Shown: positions 26,211 to 36,960, counted from the first letter of the stretch. The stretch is DNA of 64,000 nucleotides from Lachnospiraceae bacterium (GCA_045627365.1 JAZQNN010000031.1:1-64000), one strand, 5' to 3'. Translations and numbers: made by a program. The notes: generated by a model not told the origin, from the sequence alone.

Positions 26211-26897
26211 TTATGCAAAGAAAAGCTTGGAAAGTGTCATCGGATCGATATATGCGCCGTCCTTGTAGACACGCATATTTCCTGATGCGATCTCATCGAT
26301 AAGCATTACATTGCCGTTCTTGTCATAACCGAATTCAAATTTGATATCGTAAAGATCAAGTCCCTTAGCCTTAAGGTCGTCAGCAACGATTTTTGTGATC
26401 TGCTGAGTCTGTGCCTTGATCGCGTCGTACTGCTCGTCACTCATAACACCGAGAGCAATAAGTCCGTCCTTGGTTACAAGCGGATCGCCCTTGGCATCGT
26501 CCTTGAAAGTCATCTCAACATATGCAGGAAGATCTGCGCCTTCTTCAACATATGCGCTGTAGCGGCGGAAGAAGCTGCCGACTGCCTTGTAACGGCAGAT
26601 AACTTCAAGACCGTGTCCGAAAGCCTTGGCAGGAAGGACTTCCATAGTGGTGTTTGCAAGATCAGCGCTTACATAGTGTGTCTTGATCCCTGCAGCATTG
26701 ATTTTCTCGAAGAAGTAAATGGACATACGAAGGTTAACATCGCCGACGCCTTCGATCTTGAGGCCTACAGAATTCTCGCCCGGGTCAAAAACGCCGTCTT
26801 TGCCTGTGCAGTCATCCTTGAACAGCAGCTCATAGTTGCCATTTTCCATTTCGTAAACATTTTTGGTCTTTCCGGTGTAAACAAGTTTCTTTTCCAT
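26211..26897 (-). CDS. purC: Phosphoribosylaminoimidazole-succinocarboxamide synthase
   Basis: 228 aa SAICAR synthetase; begins [20 protein letters not shown]... Confidence 0.9.
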   Translation of the reverse strand: MEKKLVYTGKTKNVYEMENGNYELLFKDDCTGKDGVFDPGENSVGLKIEGVGDVNLRMSIYFFEKINAAGIKTHYVSADLANTTMEVLPAKAFGHGLEVICRYKAVGSFFRRYSAYVEEGADLPAYVEMTFKDDAKGDPLVTKDGLIALGVMSDEQYDAIKAQTQQITKIVADDLKAKGLDLYDIKFEFGYDKNGNVMLIDEIASGNMRVYKDGAYIDPMTLSKLFFA

Positions 26898-26981
26898 TGA
26901 TTTGCTCCTTTTAATTTATGTGGGATAATTAATTATTGTCCTTAAAATACAGCAGGCCGTGTTTGCACACAGCCTGTAGTT

Positions 26982-27470
26982 TTAGAGTCTATTCATTATG
27001 TCGGCGTCTTTTTGCAGTACACCCTCTGCGCCCTTCTTGCGAAGCTGGTCAAGCTTCTCAGCTAATCCGCCATCCTCTACTGCCAGGATCTGGGCTGCAA
27101 GAAGTGCGGCATTCTTAGCCCCGTCTATGGCTACCGTAGCCACCGGTATGCCGCTTGGCATCATTACTGTGGACAGCAAAGCGTCCATTCCGTCCAGAGT
27201 TGCTCCCTTGCATGGGATGCCGATCACCGGCAAGGTGGTTCTGGCCGCAATTGCACCTGCGAGGTGCGCTGCCATGCCTGCTGCGCAGATGATGCAGCCG
27301 AAGCCTTCTTCCCTGGCCTTGTCTGCAAAAGCCGCAGCCTCGCCCGGCGTTCTGTGTGCGGAATAAACATGTGCTTCAAAAGGAATCTCAAGTTCTTTGA
27401 GCATATCGGTTGCCTTTTTTACTACCGGAAGGTCCGAATCACTGCCCATGATAACGGCGATTTTCTTCAT
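26982..27470 (-). CDS. purE: N5-CAIR mutase / AIR carboxylase catalytic subunit
   Basis: Begins [20 protein letters not shown]; [20 protein letters not shown] 27470 is 5 nt after GGAGG; the track start at 27482 is TTG. Confidence 0.9.
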   Translation of the reverse strand: MKKIAVIMGSDSDLPVVKKATDMLKELEIPFEAHVYSAHRTPGEAAAFADKAREEGFGCIICAAGMAAHLAGAIAARTTLPVIGIPCKGATLDGMDALLSTVMMPSGIPVATVAIDGAKNAALLAAQILAVEDGGLAEKLDQLRKKGAEGVLQKDADIMNRL

Positions 27471-27553
27471 AGCGTCCTCCAAGAAAAATACCCTAAAATT
27501 CTAACAAAAACAGGGTTTTTCTTCAATTCACAGAAATGCCAAAAATACGTTGA

Positions 27554-27970
27554 TTAGTTGGCTTTCGTTTCGCAATATGCACAACGGTAAACCTTGTTCT
27601 GTCTGTCAGTCAATTTGAACACGTGAGGGAGCTCCTGCTCGGTCGTGGTTATGCATCTGGGGTTCTTGCACTTTAAGACATTTACCAGTTGTTCCGGCAT
27701 GTCGATCGTCTTCTTGTCTACGAGTTTGCCGTTCCTGATGTAGTTGACGGTCGCGTTCGGATCTACATAGCCGATCACGTCAAGATTTACCTCGTAATCT
27801 CCGTCGATCTTGATAATATCTTTCTTGCCGAGTTTCCTGCTGCTTACATTCTTAATGATAGCGACCGAAAGGTCCAGACTGTCAAGTCCCAGAAGATCGT
27901 ACAGTTTCATCGCGCTTCCGGCTTTGATGTGGTCAATAACGATGCCGTTTTCTATGGAATCTATATTCAT
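27554..27970 (-). CDS. pyrI: Aspartate carbamoyltransferase regulatory subunit
   Basis: Begins MNIDSIENGIVIDHI... C-terminal zinc-binding CxxC...CxxC (CKNPRC...CAYC). ATG 27970 follows an AGGAGG Shine-Dalgarno. Confidence 0.85.
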   Translation of the reverse strand: MNIDSIENGIVIDHIKAGSAMKLYDLLGLDSLDLSVAIIKNVSSRKLGKKDIIKIDGDYEVNLDVIGYVDPNATVNYIRNGKLVDKKTIDMPEQLVNVLKCKNPRCITTTEQELPHVFKLTDRQNKVYRCAYCETKAN

Positions 27971-27981
27971 GTCCGTCCTCC

Positions 27982-28902
27982 TTATCTGACTTCTATTCCG
28001 AGGTGCTTCAGGATCAGGGCCTCTCGCATGAATTTGCCGTTGAGCACCTGCTTGAAATAGCATGCGCGCGGGTCTTTGTCAATCGCGACACTGATCTCAT
28101 TTACTCTTGGCAGAGGATGCATTACGATCATGTTCTCCGGTGCCAGTTCCATCTTCTTGGTGTCCAGGATATAGCTGTCCTTGAGTCTTAAATAATCCTC
28201 TTCATTGAAGAAACGCTCGCGCTGAACGCGTGTCATATAAAGCACATCCAGTTTCGGCAGAGCCTCTTCAAGGCTTGTTGTCTGCTCGTAAGGAATGCCT
28301 TTTTTCTTGATGTTGTCAGTCTTAACATAGCTCGGAAGCTTCAGCTCCTCCGGAGAGATCAGCACGTACTTGATCCCTTCGTAGCGGCTCATTGCGCTGA
28401 TCAGTGAGTGCACGGTACGTCCGAATTTTAAATCTCCGCAGAGACCTATAGTCAGGTTGTTGAATCCGCCCTTTTCTCTGTATATCGTCAGAAGATCGGC
28501 CAGAGTCTGCGTAGGATGACAGTGTCCTCCGTCACCGGCATTGATGACCGGAATAGTCGCGTTGTTGGATGCAACCAGTGCGGCGCCTTCCTTAGGGTGG
28601 CGCATCGCGATGATGTCCGCATAGCAGCTTACGACCTTAACGGTATCGGCCACGCTTTCGCCCTTGGCTGCGGACGAAGAATCCGCTCCTGAAACTGAAA
28701 TAACATTTCCTCCAAGCTCATACATAGCAGCCTCGAAACTGAGCCTCGTCCTTGTGGACGGCTCAAAGAAGAGCGTTGCCAGCTTTTTGCCATGGCAGGC
28801 CTCGGCGTATTTGGCCGGGTTGGCTATGATGTCCTGTGCTGTTTCGATCAATTCGTTGATTTCCTGAACTGTCAGATCAGTGATGTCGATGGTGTTTTTC
28901 AT
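27982..28902 (-). CDS. pyrB: Aspartate carbamoyltransferase catalytic subunit
   Basis: STRTR carbamoyl-phosphate motif ([13 protein letters not shown]) and HPLP motif. ATG 28902 follows an AAGGAG Shine-Dalgarno. Confidence 0.9.
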   Translation of the reverse strand: MKNTIDITDLTVQEINELIETAQDIIANPAKYAEACHGKKLATLFFEPSTRTRLSFEAAMYELGGNVISVSGADSSSAAKGESVADTVKVVSCYADIIAMRHPKEGAALVASNNATIPVINAGDGGHCHPTQTLADLLTIYREKGGFNNLTIGLCGDLKFGRTVHSLISAMSRYEGIKYVLISPEELKLPSYVKTDNIKKKGIPYEQTTSLEEALPKLDVLYMTRVQRERFFNEEDYLRLKDSYILDTKKMELAPENMIVMHPLPRVNEISVAIDKDPRACYFKQVLNGKFMREALILKHLGIEVR

Positions 28903-28915
28903 CTTGAACTCCTTG

Positions 28916-29551
28916 TCATTTGATCCAGCTCTCGTCCGATGGGTTGTTTCTGAATGCGATAAGCCTTGCGATGTCATCCGGCTTTATGTAGTCCTCTTCA
29001 GCGGCAACTTCCGCGATCACATCGAAGTTGGTAAGGGAGATGTTCTTAACATTCGCCTCCGCAAGCCTTTCAAGGCCCTTCTTCATTCCGTATGTGAAGA
29101 TGGACACAACGCCTAAGACGTCCGCTCCGGCTTCTCTTAGTACGTTTACTACTTCAATAACGCTTCCGCCCGTGGAAATAAGGTCTTCAACAACTACGAC
29201 CTTCTGTCCCGGCTCCAAGCGTCCTTCTATCTGGTTCTGGCGTCCGTGATCTTTCGCGCCGCTTCTTACGTACCCCATCGGCATACCGAGGATATGGCCT
29301 GCTATTGCGGCGTGCGCGATGCCTGCTGTGGATGTTCCCATCAGCACATCCGCCTCAGGATATTCTCTTTTTACGATCTCGGCGATCGCGTTTTCCACAT
29401 CTTCCCTTACCTCGGGTGCAGTAAGGATCAGTCTGTTATCGCAATAAACCGGGCTCTTGATCCCGCTTGCCCAGGTAAACGGCTCTTCCGGACGGAAGAA
29501 TACTGCTTTGATCTTCAGCAGATCTTTGGCGATCAGTCTCTCTATTTCCAT
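28916..29551 (-). CDS. pyrE: Orotate phosphoribosyltransferase
   Basis: 211 aa type I PRTase with PRPP motif [13 protein letters not shown]. Confidence 0.85.
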   Translation of the reverse strand: MEIERLIAKDLLKIKAVFFRPEEPFTWASGIKSPVYCDNRLILTAPEVREDVENAIAEIVKREYPEADVLMGTSTAGIAHAAIAGHILGMPMGYVRSGAKDHGRQNQIEGRLEPGQKVVVVEDLISTGGSVIEVVNVLREAGADVLGVVSIFTYGMKKGLERLAEANVKNISLTNFDVIAEVAAEEDYIKPDDIARLIAFRNNPSDESWIK

Positions 29552-29563
29552 ATCAGCCTCCTG

Positions 29564-30268
29564 TCAGTCAACAAATTCTCTTATACATCTTTCATATGCG
29601 GCAACCGGGTCATCGGCCTGAGTGATCGGGCGTCCGACAACGATATAATCAGAGCCTTCCTTCCGTGCCTGTTCAGGCGTCATAACGCGCTTCTGGTCGC
29701 CCACCGCACCGTCCGCGAATCTAACTCCCGGCGTAACGGTATAGAATTCCTTACCGCAGGCTGCGTGAACCGCGCCTGCTTCAAGCGGCGAGCATACTAC
29801 TCCGTCAAGTCCTGCTGCAGCCGCATTTTCAGCGTAATGAATTACCACATCCGCGATAGGCTCATTTATCAGGAGATCCCTCTGCATCGTCTCCTGGTCT
29901 GTGCTTGTAAGCTGGGTAACAGCAAGAAGTATCGGTCTGGTGCCGTCCGGTCTTGTAAGCCCTTCAAGGGCAGCCTCCATCATCGGTCTGGTGCCGGCCG
30001 CATGAAGATTTACCATGTCCACATCCAGCTTTGAAAGCACGTTCATCGCCTTCTTGACCGTATTGGGAATATCGTGAAGCTTAAGGTCGAGGAAAATCTT
30101 ATGTCCTCTCTTCTTGATCTGCTTTACTATCTCCGGTCCTTCCGCGTAGAAAAGCTCCATGCCGATCTTCACGAATGGTTTTCTTGCGCTTCCTGAGAAT
30201 TTGTCCAGGAAGCTGTATGTTGCCTCAGCCGATGCGAAATCGCAGGCTATGATTACATCTTTTCCCAT
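29564..30268 (-). CDS. pyrF: Orotidine 5'-phosphate decarboxylase
   Basis: Begins [11 protein letters not shown]...; KIGMELF; [11 protein letters not shown]. Typical OMPDC active-site Lys and Asp residues. Confidence 0.85.
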   Translation of the reverse strand: MGKDVIIACDFASAEATYSFLDKFSGSARKPFVKIGMELFYAEGPEIVKQIKKRGHKIFLDLKLHDIPNTVKKAMNVLSKLDVDMVNLHAAGTRPMMEAALEGLTRPDGTRPILLAVTQLTSTDQETMQRDLLINEPIADVVIHYAENAAAAGLDGVVCSPLEAGAVHAACGKEFYTVTPGVRFADGAVGDQKRVMTPEQARKEGSDYIVVGRPITQADDPVAAYERCIREFVD

Positions 30269-31194
30269 TATCTTGCTGCTCCTATTATGTCACTAAGTTT
30301 GTCGATCCTGTACTTGTCCATTGTTGCCGGCAGAGCCTCGATGATCTTCTTAGCGGCAAACGGATCTACCAGATTGGCCGCGCCGACCTCAACGGCCGTT
30401 GCGCCTGCCATCATCATTTCTATTACATCTTCTGCTGTTGAAACTCCGCCCATTCCGACGACCGGGATATTCACTGCGCACGACACCTGATAAACCATTC
30501 TTAAGGCCACCGGGAATATCGCAGGCCCTGAAAAGCCGCCCATGGTGTTGGCAATTATCGGCTTTCCGGTCTTCAGGTTTATTCTCATTCCGAGCATTGT
30601 ATTTATCAGACTGATGCCGTCGGCTCCCGCGTCTTCGCACGCCTTGGCAATGCTTACTATGTCCGTAACGTTTGGCGTCAGTTTGACGATCACAGGCTTG
30701 TCAGCCACTTTCTTTACTGCTGCCGTTACCTCAGCCGCGCATTCAGGGTCGGTGCCGAAAGTCATACCGCCCCCGTGAACGTTCGGGCAGCTAATATTGA
30801 CCTCAAACCAGCCAATCTGATCCTGGCCGGCAAGGCGTCCCACTGTGTAAACATAATCGTCTACTGAAAAACCGCTGACATTTGCCATTACCGGCTTGTT
30901 AAAGCATTCTTTAAGCTTCGGAAGCTCATTGCGAGTGACCGCCTCAACGCCGGGATTTTGAAGTCCGACCGCGTTGATCATTCCGGCTGTGCACTCCGCG
31001 ATCCTCGGTGTGGGATTTCCGAAGCGTGCCTCTTTGGTCGTTCCTTTAAATGAGAAAGTCCCGAGGCAGTTTATGTCGTAAAGCTCGGCAAATTCATATC
31101 CGTATCCGAAAGTTCCGGAGGCCGGGATCACAGGATTATCCAGGCAGATCCCCAGAAGATCGACCTTCAGTCTGTCGTTTCTTACTTCTCCCAC
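30268..31194 (-). CDS. pyrD: Dihydroorotate dehydrogenase 1B catalytic subunit
   Basis: [24 protein letters not shown]... TIM-barrel DHODH. The probable start is GTG 31194 after AGGAGGA, and it overlaps the pyrK 3' end. Confidence 0.85.
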   Translation of the reverse strand: MGEVRNDRLKVDLLGICLDNPVIPASGTFGYGYEFAELYDINCLGTFSFKGTTKEARFGNPTPRIAECTAGMINAVGLQNPGVEAVTRNELPKLKECFNKPVMANVSGFSVDDYVYTVGRLAGQDQIGWFEVNISCPNVHGGGMTFGTDPECAAEVTAAVKKVADKPVIVKLTPNVTDIVSIAKACEDAGADGISLINTMLGMRINLKTGKPIIANTMGGFSGPAIFPVALRMVYQVSCAVNIPVVGMGGVSTAEDVIEMMMAGATAVEVGAANLVDPFAAKKIIEALPATMDKYRIDKLSDIIGAAR

Positions 31195-31928
31195 AGGATC
31201 TCCTCCTTTCTCATTACAGGCCCGTCCTTGCAGATCCTCTTGTATCCGGTCACTGTCTTGCACGAGCACCCCATGCAGGCACCGAAGCCGCATCCCATGC
31301 GCTCTTCAAAGCTCATCTGGCCGGAGGACGCACACGCTCTGAAAACTGCCTTCAGCATCGGCTCGGGACCGCATGCGTAGTAGTATGAATAATCTGCCGG
31401 AAGCGCATCTGTTACAAATCCTTTGATGCCGCAGCTTCCGTCGACCGTAGTTACTATCGTCTTACATCCTAATGCCTTGAATTCATCTTCATAAAAGATC
31501 TCTGAGCGAGTGTTGAAGCCGAGAATAACGGTTACAGGCTTTCCTTCTTCGGTCAGTTTTCTGGCCAGATAATACATCGGGGGAACGCCAACGCCTCCGC
31601 CGATAAGAAGCGGTGCATTGCCCGCGTCAGAAAGATCGTAGCCATTTCCAAGGCCTTCAAGAACATCCAGCTTCTCGCCCGGCAGCATACCGGCCATCTG
31701 CTCGGTTCCCTGACCGACCACTTTGTAAATGATAGTAACGATCGCGCCTTCTAAGGTCTTTTCAAAGTCGCAGACCGATATCGGGCGTCTTAAATACTTT
31801 CCCTCAAGCGCGATATTGATAAACTGACCCGGCTTCAGCTCCTCGCCGGATGTGCTGTTCAGCTTCATCCGGTACACTGAAGGTGCCAGCATCTTATTCT
31901 CTGTTATTTCCAAAAAGCTGTTTTTCAT
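31182..31928 (-). CDS. pyrK: Dihydroorotate dehydrogenase electron-transfer subunit (FAD/2Fe-2S)
   Basis: Ferredoxin-reductase-like fold with a C-terminal Cys cluster CGFGACMGCSC. Its ATG overlaps the pyrC stop (ATGA). Confidence 0.85.
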   Translation of the reverse strand: MKNSFLEITENKMLAPSVYRMKLNSTSGEELKPGQFINIALEGKYLRRPISVCDFEKTLEGAIVTIIYKVVGQGTEQMAGMLPGEKLDVLEGLGNGYDLSDAGNAPLLIGGGVGVPPMYYLARKLTEEGKPVTVILGFNTRSEIFYEDEFKALGCKTIVTTVDGSCGIKGFVTDALPADYSYYYACGPEPMLKAVFRACASSGQMSFEERMGCGFGACMGCSCKTVTGYKRICKDGPVMRKEEILWEK

Positions 31929-33061
31929 AAACTGTATACCACCTTGCCGCCGCAGACGGTCTCAATGCATTTTCCGTATACTTCCATGCCTTCGAAAGGT
32001 GAGGATTTGCCCATTGACAGAAACTCACTGCTGTCAATGATGTATGGAGTTTCAAGGTCCCAAAGGCTGTAGTCCATGCTCTCGTCAGGGAGCGGCAGTC
32101 CGAACCTTTTTCTTGGATTAACTACCAGAAGGTCAAGGAGCTTTTCCATCGGGATCACGCCTTCTCTGACCAGCTTAGTGTAAAGCACCGGAAAAGCTGT
32201 CTCTATTCCCACTATTCCGTTGGCGCTTCCGGCAAGACCTTTGCTCTTTTCCTCGGCGCTGTGCGGTGCATGGTCAGTAGCGATCATATCGATCGTGCCG
32301 TCCTTCAGACCTTCAAGGAGCGCAAGCCTGTCTTCTTCGGATCTGAGCGGCGGATTCATCTTGAAACGGCCCTCTTCCTTGAGGCAGCCTTCGTCCAGCA
32401 CCAGATAATGAGGTGCTGTCTCGCACGTTATATCAATGCCTTCTGCCTTGGCTTTTCTTATTATCTCGACGCTCTCCTTACAGGAGATGTGGCAGACGTG
32501 ATAAGCGCAGCCGATCTTAGCTGCCAGCTTCACGTCGCGCGCGATGGGTCCCCACTCACTTTCGCTGACTATTCCTTTATGTCCGTGCTCTTTCGCGTAT
32601 TTCCCATCATGGATATACCCGCCGTTAAGGAGCGAGTTATCCTCGCAGTGCGCAACGATTATCTTGCCTTTGGCCTTGGCCTTCAGCATTGCCTCAAGCA
32701 TCATTTCCTCTGACTGAACGCCCTTCCCGTCATCGGAAAAAGCTATAACAGAATCTGCCATTTCATCGATATCTGACAGTGCCTTACCAAGTTCTCCTTT
32801 GGTTATCGCTCCATACGGATATACATTGATCACGGCGTCTTTCTCGATGATATCCTGCTGCACTTTAAGGTGCTCTAAGCTATCCGGAACAGGGTCCAGA
32901 TTAGGCATGGTAAAGACAGCCGTATAGCCGCCTCTGGCTGCCGCCTGAGTGCCGCTTTTAATGGTTTCTTTATAAGAAAAACCCGGCTCTCTGAAATGCA
33001 CATGTACATCACAGAAACCGGGTAATAATACATATCTGGTTGCTTTAGCCGTTAAGCTCAT
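31925..33061 (-). CDS. pyrC: Dihydroorotase
   Basis: Metal-binding GFCDVHVHFREPG plus an amidohydrolase fold. AGGAG Shine-Dalgarno before ATG 33061. Confidence 0.8.
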   Translation of the reverse strand: MSLTAKATRYVLLPGFCDVHVHFREPGFSYKETIKSGTQAAARGGYTAVFTMPNLDPVPDSLEHLKVQQDIIEKDAVINVYPYGAITKGELGKALSDIDEMADSVIAFSDDGKGVQSEEMMLEAMLKAKAKGKIIVAHCEDNSLLNGGYIHDGKYAKEHGHKGIVSESEWGPIARDVKLAAKIGCAYHVCHISCKESVEIIRKAKAEGIDITCETAPHYLVLDEGCLKEEGRFKMNPPLRSEEDRLALLEGLKDGTIDMIATDHAPHSAEEKSKGLAGSANGIVGIETAFPVLYTKLVREGVIPMEKLLDLLVVNPRKRFGLPLPDESMDYSLWDLETPYIIDSSEFLSMGKSSPFEGMEVYGKCIETVCGGKVVYSL

Positions 33062-33215
33062 ATATTGCTCCTATCTTGGCGATCTCTCTGTACCGCATTT
33101 AAAGATACTTAAATGATATATTACACATATATAAAAGTCAATGTACAACTCTACCGATTTCGGTTATAATTTGGCTTGTAAAAAGAGCTTATTTCATAAA
33201 AATGAGGTAGATAAA

Positions 33216-34067
33216 ATGGCAGAGATCATCAAAGGAGCAGCCGTTGCTGCAGCCCTTAAAGAGCAAATGAAAAATGACATCGCAGCCGCAGGAATTACCC
33301 CTGTTTTAGGCATCGTGCGCGTAGGTGCCAAGGGGAGCGACCTGGCGTATGAACGCGGCGTAAGGAAAACATGCGAGAGCGTCGGGATCGATATAAAATT
33401 GCTGGAGCTTCCGGAAGATGTGACCCAAGCGGAGCTTGAAAAGGAATTTGCCGCCTTCAACTTAGATCCGTCTGTTCACGGAATACTTCTCTTCAGGCCG
33501 CTTCCTTCAGGACTTGACGAGACTCCTCTGCTTCAGATGATAGACCCGGAGAAGGATATGGACTGCATGAGCCCTGCCAACTGGGCAAAGCTTGCCATGG
33601 GCGATGAGAGCGGATATTTCCCATGCACAGCCGAAGCTGTCATAAAGATCTGCGAATTCGCCGGAGTTGAATTCAATGGTGCCAATGCCGTTGTTCTCGG
33701 AAGAAGCCAGGTTATCGGAAAGCCTCTCGGTCTTATGCTTCTTGCCCGTCACGCCTCTGTTTCATGGTGCCATTCCAGGACCCGCGATATTCCGTCAAGA
33801 TGCATCGATGCGGACATTCTGATCTCCGCATGCGGAGTTCCTAAGCTTGTCGGCGCTGACATTGCCAAAGGCGTAGCTTCCGGATGCACTGCGATCGATG
33901 TCGGAATGAATTTTGTCGACGGTCAGATGTGCGGTGACTTCGCCTTTGATGAGGTCGAACCTTACGTTGCCGGGATCACTCCTGTCCCGGGCGGCGTCGG
34001 TGCTGTGACCAATACCATCATGGCAACACACGTTGTCCGCGCGGCGCTGAAAGCAGCCGGGAAATGA
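33216..34067 (+). CDS. folD: Bifunctional methylene-THF dehydrogenase / methenyl-THF cyclohydrolase
   Basis: Begins MAEIIKGAAVAAALKEQ...; GRSQVIGKPLGLML; GGVGAVT near the C-terminus. Confidence 0.9.
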   Translation: MAEIIKGAAVAAALKEQMKNDIAAAGITPVLGIVRVGAKGSDLAYERGVRKTCESVGIDIKLLELPEDVTQAELEKEFAAFNLDPSVHGILLFRPLPSGLDETPLLQMIDPEKDMDCMSPANWAKLAMGDESGYFPCTAEAVIKICEFAGVEFNGANAVVLGRSQVIGKPLGLMLLARHASVSWCHSRTRDIPSRCIDADILISACGVPKLVGADIAKGVASGCTAIDVGMNFVDGQMCGDFAFDEVEPYVAGITPVPGGVGAVTNTIMATHVVRAALKAAGK

Positions 34068-34189
34068 CCGGCCGGCGTGGTCACCGACTTTTCACAAATC
34101 GTTTTGTTTACTTTTTTTCTTATTTATAGTAAAATGCCTTTGCCTATGTTTTTAGGTTTAAAATTTGATTATTTTTTAGGAGATTTTTC

Positions 34190-35227
34190 ATGAAAGCTCT
34201 CAAGTATATAGGTAGATTTTTCCTTACCTTACTTATCACTCTTGTTTTCGTGGCGTTGGCATGCCTTGCCGTTATCTACATCATGGAGAAGGGCCCATCC
34301 GAATCAGCCAAGGTGCTCTTTGTCCGTTCGCTTAACGAGACCAGCCGTATCGGCTGGATCAGCAAGATCTTCCTTTCAGAGGAGGAGGTCGAGGATATCC
34401 TTCACCAGACAGAACTGGTTGTTCTTGAAGAAGGTGAGAAGTCTGATACTTCCCTCATTGAGATTCCAAGTGAAGAAGAAATTTCCAAAGACATCGAGCT
34501 CATCGATATCAGCGGCGGTTCTTACAAGGGCAAGCTTATGATCGTTCATGATCCGTCGCGTGTTTTCGTTGGCACGGTACCAACGTTCGGAACCGGCATC
34601 GGTGAGACGGTTCTGGAGATGGTTCAGCGTTATAACAACTCCGGCTACAATATTATCGGCGGAATCAACGGCGGTGACTTTATCGATGAAGGTGAAGCTG
34701 TTAAAGACACATCGTGGCCGCTTGGCGCGGTTTATTCTGAAGGCACGGTCGTTCAGGCTGAGTATGGAGCTGATCATTCATACTATCTTGCAGGATTCAC
34801 AGAGGACAACATATTCGTAATGGGTAATATTACTTTGCATGAGGCGGATGAACTGGGAATTCGTGATGCGATATATTGTAAACACGATACCGGTCCTTTC
34901 CTCGTTAAAGACGGACAGGTGCTTCTTGACGAGATGCCTAACTCAGCAACTTACGGCGGCGGCAAGAACCCGCGTACCGCTATCGGTCAGACCAAGGACG
35001 GCTCAGTTCTTCTTCTGGTTGTCGATGGTCGCCAGGCCAACTCCTTAGGAGCTACGTTCAAAGATTTGGCTTACATAATGCTTGAATACGGTGCTGTTAA
35101 CGCAGCTGCTATGGACGGCGGCACATCAACACAGATGATCTACGAGAATGAGATCCTTAATTCCCCATACTCGCCTTTAGGTCCCCGTATGTGCCCGACA
35201 GCATGGCTGGTTAAAGGTATTGACTAA
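34190..35227 (+). CDS. Membrane-anchored phosphodiester glycosidase-like (NAGPA/DUF2233 family) protein
   Basis: N-terminal TM. GGINGGDF and AAMDGGTSTQM motifs resemble the NAGPA-family DGGGS core. Confidence 0.5.
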   Translation: MKALKYIGRFFLTLLITLVFVALACLAVIYIMEKGPSESAKVLFVRSLNETSRIGWISKIFLSEEEVEDILHQTELVVLEEGEKSDTSLIEIPSEEEISKDIELIDISGGSYKGKLMIVHDPSRVFVGTVPTFGTGIGETVLEMVQRYNNSGYNIIGGINGGDFIDEGEAVKDTSWPLGAVYSEGTVVQAEYGADHSYYLAGFTEDNIFVMGNITLHEADELGIRDAIYCKHDTGPFLVKDGQVLLDEMPNSATYGGGKNPRTAIGQTKDGSVLLLVVDGRQANSLGATFKDLAYIMLEYGAVNAAAMDGGTSTQMIYENEILNSPYSPLGPRMCPTAWLVKGID

Positions 35228-35257
35228 TTACTTGAAACTGATAAAAGGACTATGACT

Positions 35258-36832
35258 ATGGAAAACGAAACCAAAAGACCAAAAGTTCAAAATATGAATG
35301 ACTTTGTGAAGGATCTTCAGGGATCTTCTTCGCAGCCTGTTTCTTCACAGAGAACCTCAACAGTAAGACAGACCTCTCAGGTTACGTCCGCTTCCGCAAG
35401 CAGAACTCCTGTTAGAAGCACTTCTTCTGTTTCACAGACAACGAGAAGTTCAGCTTCAGCTTCTGCAAGGCCTACCGCCAGCTCACTTACAAGGTCGCAG
35501 ACCGGCACAGCAAGATCAGCTTCTGCATCCCCGGCATCAAGAGTTCCGTCCTCCGCACGGACTTCTTCATACAGTTCTGCATCTGCTCAGTCAGGCAGGC
35601 CGAGAACTACACAGAGCTCATCTTCTTCAAGACCTTCATCAAGCCGCTCTACCGGCAGTATGAACTACTCTGATTACAGGGATGAGCGCCGTGCACAGGT
35701 TGCTGCACAGACCAGATCCAACAAGAAGAAAAAGAAGAAGGAAGGCCGCGGCTTCAAGATATTCCTCGGCGTATACTGCATTTTCCTTGCTGCTTTAGTT
35801 GTTGTCCTGTGTATAGTTCTCACATCCTACCTCAAGGAATATGAGCGCACTCAGCCGAACCATATAGCAGCCAATGTTGTTGAGCAGTATGCATCAACAG
35901 ATAAGCTCACAACATTCCTTAAGAAATACACCAACACGGATTCAAGCTTCTTTGAGGATCCTGACAGTCTCCTGGCTCTTTACACAGAGAAGGTCAAGGG
36001 CGCAAATGTAGCATACAAGGAGAACAGCGAATACCGTGCCGACGCTCCTTCATATGATATTGTCGCTGACAACTATCTTGTCGGCAAGATAGGCCTTGAA
36101 TGCTCCGGCACAGGCGCATTCAACCTCAAGAAGTGGCGTCTTGCTTCTGTTGATATTGCTCCATACATCCCTGAGACAAGCTCGATCACAATACTTGTTC
36201 CGGAGAATGCCAAGGTTACCGTCAATGACAAAGAAGTCTCATCCGACTTCATCACTTCGACAGATATACCGGATACTCTGGCAGTTGCTTCAAAATATGT
36301 TGACGGCCTGCCGAGCCTTGTTACTTACACCGTATCAGGTCTTGCCAAAGAGCCTGTCGTTAAGGCTGTCGATGATGCCGGTTCCGAGATGAACTTCACC
36401 GTATCAGAGAGCAATTATGTTGCAGTCAGCGAGCCATCTCAGGCATTTATCGATGAAGTTGAGCCAATGGTAATCAGGGGCATCGAGAACTGGGCAACAT
36501 ATTTCATTTATAATAGTTTCAACCTTGATGCTTACATCCTGAAAGGAACCGACCTTTACGGAAGCATCTTCGGTGATGAGAATTACGACAGGATTGACCC
36601 ATGGCTTTATATGTGGGAAGATATTAAGTACTACGAATTTGCCGAAAAATGGGCCGGCAACTATATCAGATACAACGATAAATGCTTCGCTGTCGATGTT
36701 AAGTACAAGCTGGATATGACTTTCACCAAACCTGGCGAATCTGATGATGATCAGAAGCTTGATGCGACCTGGATCTGGATCTGGGACGATGCAGCAGGCG
36801 AATGGTTCATCTGCGATCAGATCTATCACTAG
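35258..36832 (+). CDS. Hypothetical single-pass membrane protein with a roughly 150 aa Ser/Thr/Arg/Ala-rich N-terminal region and a roughly 330 aa C-terminal extracytoplasmic domain
   Basis: ATG 35258 is 8 nt after AAAGGA. Low-complexity region SQRTSTVRQTSQVTSASASRTPVRSTSS...SSSRPSSSRSTGS, then KKKKKKEGRG, then TM FKIFLGVYCIFLAALVVVLCIVL. No family recognised. Confidence 0.6.
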   Translation: MENETKRPKVQNMNDFVKDLQGSSSQPVSSQRTSTVRQTSQVTSASASRTPVRSTSSVSQTTRSSASASARPTASSLTRSQTGTARSASASPASRVPSSARTSSYSSASAQSGRPRTTQSSSSSRPSSSRSTGSMNYSDYRDERRAQVAAQTRSNKKKKKKEGRGFKIFLGVYCIFLAALVVVLCIVLTSYLKEYERTQPNHIAANVVEQYASTDKLTTFLKKYTNTDSSFFEDPDSLLALYTEKVKGANVAYKENSEYRADAPSYDIVADNYLVGKIGLECSGTGAFNLKKWRLASVDIAPYIPETSSITILVPENAKVTVNDKEVSSDFITSTDIPDTLAVASKYVDGLPSLVTYTVSGLAKEPVVKAVDDAGSEMNFTVSESNYVAVSEPSQAFIDEVEPMVIRGIENWATYFIYNSFNLDAYILKGTDLYGSIFGDENYDRIDPWLYMWEDIKYYEFAEKWAGNYIRYNDKCFAVDVKYKLDMTFTKPGESDDDQKLDATWIWIWDDAAGEWFICDQIYH

Positions 36833-36874
36833 GATTCTTGATTATTTGAATTTAAAGAAATAATTTATAAAAAC

Positions 36875-36909
36875 GACCTGTCGATTTTATTTCGGCAGGT
36901 CTTTTTTTT
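36875..36909. terminator. Bidirectional intrinsic terminator between the convergent hypothetical membrane protein gene and fchA
   Basis: GACCUGUCG-AUUUUAUUU-CGGCAGGUC followed by U8 on the plus strand. The reverse complement is followed by GUUUUUAUAAAUU on the minus strand. Confidence 0.7.
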
Positions 36910-36960
36910 AATTGCCTAGGGCCTACAGGCGGATCTTTCCGCACAATTTTTGAAAGATTT

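Noticed and set aside
27471-27553. Purine riboswitch or PurBox leader in front of purE
   Set aside because: Only 71-83 nt separate pyrI and purE, and it contains no purine-riboswitch core. The weak AAAAAC/GTTTTT hairpin is not convincing as a terminator.
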